This document shows, piece after piece, positions 12,601 through 24,600 of a DNA stretch of 64,000 bases. A program made the translations under genes and the position numbers. The stretch spans positions 15,934,001 through 15,998,000 of the forward strand of contig CM059443.1 in NCBI GenBank assembly GCA_030390025.1. The letters run 5' to 3'. The notes below the pieces were generated by a model, which saw only the letters and a program-made list of their open reading frames with translations, ran no database searches and was not told the origin of the DNA. Position 1 is the first letter of the stretch. Each line of letters starts with the position of its first letter. The stretch comes from Squalus acanthias. Lineage: Eukaryota.

Positions 12601-15600
12601 AAAGAGTTTCACATCTCACAGCTTTAGTGTTCTGGGTAGTTTCCTGAGTTATACTGACACTGTGGCACACCCAAAACCACTTTGCATCAATGTAGATGTA
12701 GCAGTATAACAGAACCTTTGAAAGAAGTTAAACCTCCATATACAAGTACTACACTGCCATTATTCTATGGAGCAAAAAATGAGAACAATGGTCCTTTAGG
12801 AAATTTATATTGTGTATTGTCAGTAGATTTTCTCCCACCATGCTGTATAATAACATTATTCTGGGGACTTCAACTTCAGTTTTTTATTGCAAGACAAGTG
12901 AAACTATTTTTGTGTCATCAGCTAATTTCAATATGGTTCTTCCTATGCCCCAGTCCAAGTCATCTATATATACCGTAAGCATTGACTCCTGGGTTCCCCA
13001 TTTCCAACCCTTCTCCAATCCAAGCAACACCCATTTACACTATCCGTCAACCAATTTTCTGTCCATGCTGCCACATTTCTTCTTGTATCATACACCTGAA
13101 TTTTTTAAATCTTGTGTGTGTGTGTGTGTGTGTGTGTGCCTGTGCATCTGTATGTGCGCATACTCGTTTGTGTGCCTGTACGTCCTTCTTATAAGATACC
13201 TTAATGAGCACTGTCTGAAAATCCAGATACACTAAATCTATCCAAATTAACTCTTCAAAAAACTCAACTTGCCTTTCACAAATCCATGCTTGCTGTCCTA
13301 GATTAACCCATGCATTTCTAAATGCTTGCTAATTTTACCTTGAACTATGAATTCCAAGAGTTTTCCCACAATGGACATTAAGAGTTTGTCCAAAACTGAA
13401 GTTACACTCGTCTATCGTTGCCCCCCAAAAAATTAACCATGCTCAATTTCCCTTTTCAGTGCCAATGGCTGTCTACCCCAGTAAATCACGATCTCCTCCA
13501 TGCTGTTCAATTGTTTGAACCGTTTCTTGCAAGACCAACCAACAGCTGCTACCATCTCTTACCATTGATTTTTAACCGCTTAGCTTTTTCCTTCAACTAT
13601 TAACATCCTTGGCCTATAAACTTTCACATTATTTTCCTTTTTTTGCCAAACCATTTTCCCTCAATTCTTTATAAAATGCAAGTCATTCACAGACTTGAAT
13701 ACTACTGTATATGGGTGGGAAGTTCTTATATCTCTTGCACTTCTGGACAGGATACCAGAAGTTACCTGACATAGGCAAATATTCTGAATATACAGCAAAA
13801 TATTTTTTCCCCTACACCTAAAGAATCACTGGAAGAGAATGCAGCCACTGTAGATGTATTATTTTGCAAATTGATGGCTGAAAGTGGAGTATATAAAGTC
13901 CAAAATCAGAGAAACAGGAGTAGGCCATTCAGCCCGTTGAGCCTGTTCTGTCATTCAACTAGATCATGGCTGATCTGTACCTCAACTCCATATACGTGCC
14001 GTTGTTCCAAATGATTTAACAACCACAGCCTTTTGGGGGAAGCGAATTCCAGATTTCCACTACCTGCTGTGTGAAAAAGTGCTTCCTAATTTCATTCCTA
14101 AATGACCCTAGCTCTAATTTTAAGATCATGCCCTCTTGTTCTGGATTCCTCCACCAGAGGAAAGTTTCTTTGTAACTACCTTATCGAATGCCTTAATCAT
14201 TTTAAATACCTTGATTAGATTACCCCATAACTTCTAAACTCATGGGAATACAAGCCAGGTTTATTCAACCAGTCCTCATAATTTAACCCATTAAGCCCTG
14301 GTATTCTGGTGAATCTGTGCTGTACCCTCTCCAAGGCCAAGCTGATATTTGGCAATGGCAATGTGCAAAATCACAAACACTGAGAACCTATTTAACACTT
14401 TGAATTTGGTTTATATTAATCACAATATTCTGATGTGGAAAATGTCACAATTGGCGAAAGCAACGCTGGAGTCATGTGTACAGCCTTCCACAAGTCTTCC
14501 AGTGTCGCCAGCAGCTGAGAGTAACTAGAACAGGAGTAAAAGATACATTGCTGAACATCTATTACTTTAATAGTACCACAAAACAAAAAGAGCATGATCA
14601 GCACCAGCAATCATGTAATGCGTTTGAGCTGGGCCTCAAACATTGTGGTACAATGTGGCTGCAGCTCTTTCAGGCTGTTGTAAGATGCAATAACTAATAG
14701 AACTATGCTGCAAGAGCAAGAGCTTCTGTATCCTGTGTGTAGTTATGCACCCAATCCCTGGGAAACTCCTCAAAATATTGCTAGACCCTAATAAACCATC
14801 TCAGACCCAGGCCCATCTGGCTCACCCTGAACATTGTCACAGGAGATCTACTGGCAATGTTAAAAGTTTTACACTTACATGCTCTTGGTCTGATCCCTAC
14901 CAGGGTGCCATTTCTGGCAGTCAACCCAATTTCTGTGTTGAGCCTCTTTTCGAGGGAGGTTCTGCACTGATAAAGCAATAGTTCCCTCCTTAGAGGAACC
15001 TGGTGTTTCTATTTTGGCTGAGATGATACTAAGCACTGATTAGCGCCTGTGTGCCCATGGCACTGTACAGCACTGGCAAGTCTTAGTGTAGGCTGCTGTC
15101 AGTGAGTGTTCAGCTGAAATTGGTCTGATACGTTGAAGAGTCTCGGTTCAGACCAATTTTGTCATGAACAACACAGGACATATGGTTGAGTTGCTCTTTA
15201 CAGAGTTGCTCTTTGGCAGCTAGTGCCAATTCTCACTTGCCATGATTCCTGAAACATAAAGCTGAAAGAAAATGAACTAGCTGGTTTGAAAACAGAATAT
15301 ACTTACAAACTGTGAAAGACCAAAAGGACTATCTAATCTAAGCTACTTCTTTGAGAGACTGAAGGCCTTGCCTGAATTCAACATCCAGAGTGCAACGCAA
15401 GGAGCTCAGAATACAACCCTTTTAGCTGGAGAGAAATGAACTGACAACCATCTACAACATCATGACACTATTTTTGTGTGTGTGCTAAGTAGCAGCACTA
15501 ATCAAGCTAGATTTTAGTCAATTGTGTGTGGATGATGCTTAAATGAATACGGAAATATTTCAGTGTGTACGGTGCATGGTCAAGATCCTTCTCCTAGTGC

Positions 15601-18600
15601 ATGACTGCACACAGGATACAGATCTGTCCCTCTCCTGTGGCTGAGTCTCCCACAAAATAAGGCTTTTCACTTCTACAAGCGAGTTATTTCACAAGTCCAA
15701 ATATACTGTGCTGCACAAGGAAACAAATCAGTAACACTCCTTGTCATTGCAAATTCTCCTCACCCCACCACCCCCCCACCTCCTCCTCACCAGCTGGAGT
15801 TGCTGAGGCCAATTGTAGGATTGCTCCAACTGAGATCAGCAAACTCAGGACAGGAAGGGTATCAAACATGGGACTTTGCTGGTGTGTGTGAATCATCAGT
15901 TCTGCATTGGGCAGTGCAGGTATCAACCATTCAATTAGGTCGTGTGTGTTTTGGGTACTTTAACGTACTTAAAAAAGAGAAAACAAAACAGGATTTCCAA
16001 CATCATTTTCTATGAGGTATCGCAGTGTTTAGAACACTAACATTTCTACTTATACAGACTATAAACTTCATTTACGAAAAGCAAATAACTATTAATTGCA
16101 GCAAGTGTCACAACGTAGCATCAGTAGTGTCAACGGATAGTATAGAAGATGGACTCATACCTAGTCTTGACTGCAAGGCTCCATCGTCAGCAGATGCCAT
16201 ATCGTTGAGTCTCAAGAGACCTCTTCCCCTCTCTACCCAGGATTGTGATGTCTTGTCAAACACAAATAGCTTGCATTGAATCTGAAATTAAACAAGAATA
16301 TTCTGAAGCCAAGAAATATTGCCCTCCCACAATTGCCAGGGAAACATCCACCCTATATGGAGTTATATTCAGCTATGAAAAGAAAAAAATTAAAGATGAT
16401 TATCATGAAACTTAAAAGCACACCTTTCACCAAACTGTTAAATTCACCAAAAATCTGTTTATAATAATTTCTCACTTGAAAAGTTGTCTTAGTTGAAGCG
16501 TCCTCTTGTTTGCTCTCCTTCCACTGGCCCTTCTGTAGTTCTCTCATTCTGGAGGCTCCTGAATGGAGCCTGACCTTCGCACTAGATGGCCTAGCTGATA
16601 TCAGAGTCATATCTGAGGCATTCTGAGCGGTGACCGATATCTTTCACCAATGCAGTAGTGCACTGAATTGGAGAACCGCACAGCGAGCTCCTGATCTTAG
16701 CTATGCCACCAGAGCAAAGTAAAGTAGAAGGCAAGTGCAAGAAGCACGGAGAAAAATCATTATATTACCTAACTTTCTCATTTTTTGAATGCAGTTCCAC
16801 TTTTATGTACAAATGACTATAGTCATCCAAAAGGGTTGTGTGGGGCCAAGATATACAGCGTCCCTTTAAGAAGTTGACACTACACAGCATCCATGTTAAG
16901 CACACACATCTTCCTTAGCCCCACTGTTTTTATGGCCTCATTCTATTTATGTATCTCATTTGAAGGAAGCAACAGGAGGACAGACGGAATTGGTAGAATA
17001 AGAAAAACACATGAACATAGCTTTAAGTCAAATGGGCAAGTATGGAGGTAGCTTTGTTTATGGAATTCAAACTACATTCAAAGAAGGCAGGTCATACCAA
17101 ATGTAGGTTACCTAATACTATTTCCTCACTCTTTCAGTCTCTATAACATATTAAAATTCTTACCTAGGCCTCTTGTTACATTGAGATGTGCTATGTATAC
17201 ATTTCCTACGGAGATACCAATGTTAAAATGGTCACACTGGGCTGTTAGGCTTACCAGTTATGTTTCTCTGTGTCGTCAGTAGGTGGTGCTCTCATAATAC
17301 TTTTGATATTCATTTTATAACTTGCCTGTCATACCAGCACTTGGTACTGTGAAGCCTTGCCACAATTTCTGTAGAGCTCCATCTATTGTGAGTTATTGTG
17401 AATTCGACTACTTTTAAAATGTAAATATTAATTGCCGCCCTTTATATATTTGAAGATTTTATACTTTAACACCATACTCTTCTTCCTCTCGGCCAGCCTC
17501 TTTTGATAGCTCTTACTCACAGCACCATCCTAAAAATATTCATTACTGCATCTCAGCCCTGGTGTGGAATCTATACTTAAATTTTAAAAATCATCTTCTG
17601 CCTCCTGCAATGTCGAATCCAACCTGACCTGGCCCCACTCCTAGTGGCTCTTAATCTCAGCCTTCCCCCGGATGGAGAGAGAGATTGGGGTGAGCGAGAG
17701 AATGGGGCGAGCCAGAGAAAGGAGAGAGAGAGATTGGGGCAAGAGAAATATTGGTAACAGAAAAGAGAGGATTGGGTGGAAAAGGTGAGCAGGTTGGAAT
17801 ACTGAATTAGTGTAACGGACTGCAATGGCTGCCATGTGAACGCTCAATGGCTGAATTTATTATCCTGCCACCAGCCTTTAAAGTGGATGCTGTTCATGAA
17901 ACTAAAAAGGTATTTCCGAATGAGGGAAAAAGCCCTTGTGTAGCTGAAATGAGAAGTCGCACAACACCAGGTTATAGTCCAACAGTTTTATTTGAAATTA
18001 CAAGCTTTCGGAGCTCTGCTCCTTCGTCAGGTACAGTTCCCTCACTGTACCTGACGAAGGAGCAGAGCTCCGAAAGCTCGTAATTTCAAATAAAACTGTT
18101 GGACTATAACCTGGTGTTGTGCGACTTCTCATTTTTGTCCACCCCAGTCCAACACCGGCATCTCCGCATCATGGCCACTTGTGTAGCTGGGTTAGCTGAA
18201 GAGCATTAATGTCAAATGGCAGCTGTACTTTGGCCAGTGCTCTCTTCATCTCTCTTAAATACTTTTGGATGGGTCAACCAATGCTTAGTTTTAATATATC
18301 CAATAATATTTTGCCTAGTGTTTGCCATACTCAGATTTTATGAAAGGAAAAGATGGCAATGCATATAAAAACCTGCTTGCATACTGCAGGATGATCCCAG
18401 CGACCTTAGGCTCTGAGGATTCAAGAGTTTAAAAGTGTACTGAAATCAGCGAAGGTTACATGGATTTCTTGGATTTTGGTACTTCGGATATATACATTAA
18501 AGATCTACCAAATACTGCAAATTTCAGTAGCACTAAGTATTGAGTGTTGAGAGGGTCTTTCCTTAGTTCGGAGGGTGCTTTCAGGTTCCCACTGGTCTCT

Positions 18601-21600
18601 TCTGGGAACATATGAATGGAAGTGTGTTTAGCCGGCAACAGGGCACCCCTCCTTCCCATGGGCGTTCTTAGCAAGCTGCCTGCTCACAAATCTGGAGATG
18701 TGATTGGGGAAGATGAGCACTACATAGAACATGTCTACTTTACTTCCTACCATCCACACCTCAGTAAGTCAGGAGTTGGTCACCTGGTGGAGAGCCCACT
18801 TATGCAGCTGGCCATGCATTTGCTCATGTCTGCTGCAACATTTTGCACTCTATGTGATATTGAGCAGTTTCTGATGACAGTACCACCATACTTGGATAGC
18901 ATCCACCTGTAAGAATTCCTGCTAACTTTGGGTTTCACTGTGGCAGGTTAATAAATCTGTTCTATTTTCCATAAGTTTATTCCTTGAATAACATCTATCG
19001 ACGCTGCTCAAAGTTTGCTTATGTGCCATAACAGATGTGGCTAGACCCCACACACCTCACATTCATTGTTCCTCAGAAAAAGGTAAATTATTCTGAGGCA
19101 AGACATAGCTGTGGACCATTCATTTGCAATCTACTTAATGCCTGTCTCGAGATCTCACTCTGGTTGACATCAAAGTTCTGGGACAACAGACTGTCTCTGG
19201 AGAAAGTTAAGTTGCAAGAGCATCAAAAGTCTTGCATCCCACGCCATGCAGATGGCTGGTGTTCTCAAGTCTTAGGATACACATATAACATTAAATCTAA
19301 ATCCTGCATTCTAGGAGGAAAACAAAATATTTAGGAATGAAAGTCTGGGATAAGAAGTGTACTCATGGAAAATATGTAATGCCAGGACCTACAAGATGTA
19401 CAAGTCTGGATTAGGATACCTACATCAATCACCGCCCACAAGGAAAGATGTTCACTCAGCACAGTGACAGCACCCACTCATGTTTCAACTGATTAGCTTA
19501 ATACAACAAACATCACAGAAAGTTAACATGCAGGTACAGCAAGCAATTAGGAAGGCAAATGGTATATTTGCCTTTATTGCAAGGGGGTTGGAGTATAAGA
19601 GTAAGGAAGTCTTGCTGCAATTATACAGGGCTTTGCTGAGACCACACCTGGAGTACTGTGTACAGTTTTGGTCTCCTTACCTAAGGAAGGATATACTTGC
19701 CTTAGAGGGAGTGCAACAAAGGTTCACTAGATTGACTTCTGGGATGAGAAGGCTGTCCTATGAGGAAAGATTGAGTAGAATGGGCCTATATTCTCTGGAG
19801 TTTAGAAGAATGAGAGGTGATCTCCTTAAAACGTATAAAATTCTTAGAGGGCTTGACAGGGCAGATGCTGAGAGGCTGTTTTCCCTGGCTGGAGAGTCTA
19901 GAACTAGGGGTCATAGACTCAGAATAAGGGGTCAGCCATTTAGGACTGAGATGAGGAGAAATTTCTTCACTCGAGGGTTGTGAATCTTTGGAATTCTCTA
20001 CCCCAGAGGGCTGTGGCTGTTCAGTCGATGAGTATATTCAAGACTAAGATAGATAGATTTTTGGACACTAAGGGAATCAAGGGATATGGAGATAGGACGG
20101 GAAAATGGAGTTGATGTAAAAGTTCAGCCATGATCTTATTGAATGGCAGAGCAGGCTTGATAGGCCATATGGTCTACTCCTACTGCTATTTCTTAAGTTT
20201 CTTATGTTCTTATAATAAAACTAATTCTAAAACTCAAGATTTACACCAATGACCATACAGAAGTCTAAAACTCAGGAAAAAAACCCTCAAAAAACTATTT
20301 TACAGAGCTTCAGAAGAACTTTATGAAGGACTGCAGGCAATACTTGAACATAACATACATAACATCTTTCTAGTGTGCCAGCATCAGAATGAACTGCTAC
20401 TGATGACAGATAAAAGAAAGAATTCAGGTATGTTACCAGAAGATGGCTTATAAGAAGCAAGTGTTTGGATAAGATTAACATTACTCCTACATGGACTCAA
20501 ACTCTGAAATGGTTAGTGAACCATAAGCTTTCCTTCATGTTTAAAAATGAGATAGATATAAGATTTTAAGGAAAATGGAAAAGGGGGAGGTAACTGGGAT
20601 TAAAAAGATTAACTGCCATGGCTAACAAAATGGCAGAGTAGACTCAATGAGCCAACTGAGCTACGCCTGTTCCTATTAAGAACTGGATGGCCAATCACCA
20701 AAGGCTGCTTTTACACACTTATCAGTAGTGACCTTGGGAGCAGGCTTCCAGCTGGGACAGCGACAAAGAGGGAAAATATAAAGATTTTAAAATTTACCGC
20801 ATCAATTCAGTAGAATGGGCAGCACTTTCCAAGAAGTAGTCAAATCAAATATAAACAATAGACATTTTTGGAGTTTCAATCACATACCTGTAAGACATTA
20901 CTCTCTGCTTCCTCCCCAGTGATGACTTCCACTTTTTCCAACAAACATTTCTTAGCTGTTGCTTTGGTGTAAGCAGCTGCAGACTCCTCCAGTGATTCTG
21001 TCACATTGTTTACTGGTATTAAACAGAAGTTAATTAATACTTGCATCTATTTGGGATTTTATCAGGTCTCAAAGTGCTTCACATGATGATTTTCTCTTCA
21101 AGTGCAGCAACTGTTGTTACATAGAAAAATGCAGCGCCCATTCTGTGCTAGCATCATCCCATAACAGCAAATGAGAATGGCCAATTAATCTTTCCCCTCC
21201 CCCCCAAAAAATATATTTAACATCTATCAAAGAAGGTTGACTGGACTTGTTTAAAGTCTCATCCAAGGAAGGCACCTACAACAATTCAGCACTCTATCAG
21301 TATTGCACTGGAGTCACAGCCCTCTTATGGCATTTGAACCCATCAGCTTATGACCAATGCTACCAAAACTGATAGATCATCAGTTTTGAACTTATATTGA
21401 ATGTTAAGTTGGTGCAACCCTAACAAAACTTTTCAAAATCTTTGGAAAACAGGATTCCTATAAATTCAAAAAAATTAGCCAAAAGGTAGGACCCCACCAT
21501 TGAACTCTCTCTTTTCCCAGCTCCCTTTGTAACACCCCTGAAGATAGTTTAAACTTTCGACTGTGCAGAATACCACACAGAAAGAGGGCAAAGTTTTGGC

Positions 21601-24600
21601 AGGGTTTATATAAGATGACATGAGGTGAACATAGGCAGCAAACACCGTATACCAGAAGCGCATACCGCAATCTAATTTCTCAAACAAATGCTCGTGAGAG
21701 ATGAGTCTTAAGGAAATATGTTGAAGAATTTTGTAAAAATTACAACTTATAACAATGAAAAACTAATCTGTATGAAGAAAATTAAAGAGAAAATTTCAAT
21801 GACAAGTTTGTGCGCATAACAAATGTACAAGTTTTGAAGCGGCAGTATTGAACACTTACCTGTCCTGTAAAAAACTAAGCTGCTCAGGGAGGAGCAAGTG
21901 CTAATATACTGCACAGGAGCAAAGCTGGTCATAGGAGAGGAAGCTGTCGGGGGGCTGTGTACAATGTTCCCTTTAAGTTGCCCGGCCGTGCTCCACTCTG
22001 GAGGTCCCGCACAGCCGGTGAGCCAGCTTTTAAATTGAAAAACTGCGTATGCGCGGAATTTTGAATGGGCCACGCAGCCCGTTAAAGGGGCCGCGCGGCC
22101 CAAAAGAAAATTAGAGGGAACACTGGTTCTGTACTCAAAACGGGAGAAATGCAAAGTCTTTGATAGAATAGTAATTTTTTCTTTAAGGTGATGGGAGTTT
22201 CCATTTGTATGTAGATTTGAATGCATAACGAACGAGACACTGTTAGCAGATACAATATACTGGGTTAAAGGTCAGGGTAACCATTTTTAAAATCCCTTAC
22301 CTAACCAGTCGTTACCTTTCTCTGGCATAGGTTCCTGTAATGGTTCAGACACAGATCCAGATGCAGCAGCTGCACTTTCTCCAAATAGCTGATCTTTGTT
22401 GCTTTCATTGCTCACATCACCTGGCCGTGGCAAACTCTGCAAATGCAATTCCCTTGCAGTTAGTAATTCTAGGCACATTGCTGATCATTTCCCTGTATTG
22501 TTACTTCATTGCAAATTATATTCAAATATAGCAATCCTTACAAACTGTCAGCTATCAAATTAATGCTTGTACCATGTCAAGCTAGAAAAAACTTAAAAAT
22601 ATTCAACAGCAGTTCAGCAGTTCTCAGAATAAACCAGTTATGTGTGTTAGTGCTCTTCTTCCACTTGGCACATACACAATAACTTGCAACCATCTGTACA
22701 ACAAAATGAAGAGAATATTGGATAGATCATGAATGAAGTATTTAATTTGCTACACTCACCAGTACCCTCTCACTCATGTTCTCCCCAAAAACGAACTTGG
22801 CACTTTTTGCGTTACTCTCTGCATTTTCTCCAGAGTCCAGCAAACTACAGTTGGGAGAGAAAAATAAATAAATAACACCAATGCAATTGGGCAGAAATAT
22901 GGCAGATGTAATTCAATACGGGTAAGTGCAAAGCATTACACATTGAAAGAATAGCAGACACACTGAATGAATGGTGTTGAACTGGTTATGAGAGAGGCTG
23001 AAAGCGATCTGGAAGTGATAGCGGATTCTACACTTAGCACGTCCAGCAATCAATGAAGCAAAGAGAATGCTAAGCTTTAATGCCAAATCAAGTCTGAGGC
23101 TGTCATATATAATGCTCTGCTAAGGCCACATCAAGTTCTGGTCATGACACAGAGGAAACATCTCAACCCTGGAAGTGCTGCAGAGAAAGTCCAAGGGGCT
23201 GATCCCTGGAATCTGAGAACTTCGTTATGAGGAAAGGCTAGAAAAATTCAGAGGTTTCAGTCTTCACAGGAGGTGAATAAGAGCAGCCTTATAGAAGTAT
23301 ATAAGATACCAAGGGGAAACAGAAACTAAGTGAGATGGAAAGATTAAATTTAGAACACAATTTTAAGGTAAACCAGAACTGCAGGATAAAGGGACATAGA
23401 TACAAACTAGTAAAAGGCAAGATAGGACTGATGTCAGAAAGCACTTCTTCATGCAAACAATTACTTGCAATAACTTTTGGGTAGTGCAGTAGAAGGAAAA
23501 ACTCTAGAAGCATTCAAGAGTTAGATACTGTTAGGGGTGGGTGGGAATTATAGGTTTCTACGGAAGGATAAGCTGAATAGTCATCCTCACCTCTACATAT
23601 CTTTCGGATCTTTGTGATTAATTTAATTGGGCATCATTTATTGCAGGGTCAGAATAAGAACAGTGGAAGCATCCAAGTTCTTGACCCTCATTAAATGCTG
23701 CCGTACTCATGTTATCACCAGAAGTCCCTGACTAGAGGCCCAGTGCTCCTCTATGGGGTGGTGGGAAAAGAAGAAATCAGAACAACAGTAATTGTCAGGA
23801 TTCGTACGTATCTCCATGTTAGAAGCAGCATTGGTACAGCTACAGGCAGTGGGTCTTTCATCTGTGCACAGATAATAATGTTGTTGTTTAGCTTAGTGTG
23901 AGCAAGAGATAGGAAGGAAAGAAACATGTTATATCGCTTATTTTGGGTATGATTTTTCTCATTCTTTGAATGCAGCTTAACCCCCACAATAAAGCCAAGG
24001 GTGGCACTTGGATTTTGGTAAGAGTAGTTGAGGAGGATAAGAGTTTGGGACAAAAGATAAAACCTAAAGACAGCTTTGCCAATGGAGGAGATGTGGTATC
24101 TCTATTTGAGATAGTGAGGACAAGAATGTTAATAGATTTAAGAAGGACTAAGGTTGGAGCCAGAGATAAGAGGTGGTAGCTATTGTTAGACTTAAGAGAA
24201 ACATGAAGAAACTGCGTCTTTGATGAACTGAAAGAAAATACTTTTCACTGCTCAAATGGAGGGCATGGAGATCAAGTTGCACCATTAGAAGTCTGGAAGT
24301 TGATGAATGTAGAGTGGAAATATAAATAAAATTGGATTAGGTTAGATGATGTGGTTTACGGATGTTTAATATTAATGTGTTTTGCTCACTCTCCACAGTT
24401 TATAATTATTTTTATTTTAAAAACTTATTACAGTCATGATGTTTACAGTTAAAAGTAGAACTGAAATGACTCTGAAATTTGAGTCTACAGCAGTATCATT
24501 GCAGAATATGATTGCAATTACTCGGATGGTACAATATGAGAATTCTGAATTTAGAATTTTGAAATTGTACAGTAGAGTGATAAAGGGAGGTCGCACTACA

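Noticed and set aside
17947-18134. Hairpin as a miRNA precursor or DNA-transposon MITE
   Set aside because: The arm occurs alone with its own TSD at 28261-28399, and the right unit extends past the symmetric part. This fits an inverted duplication of a retroelement terminus.
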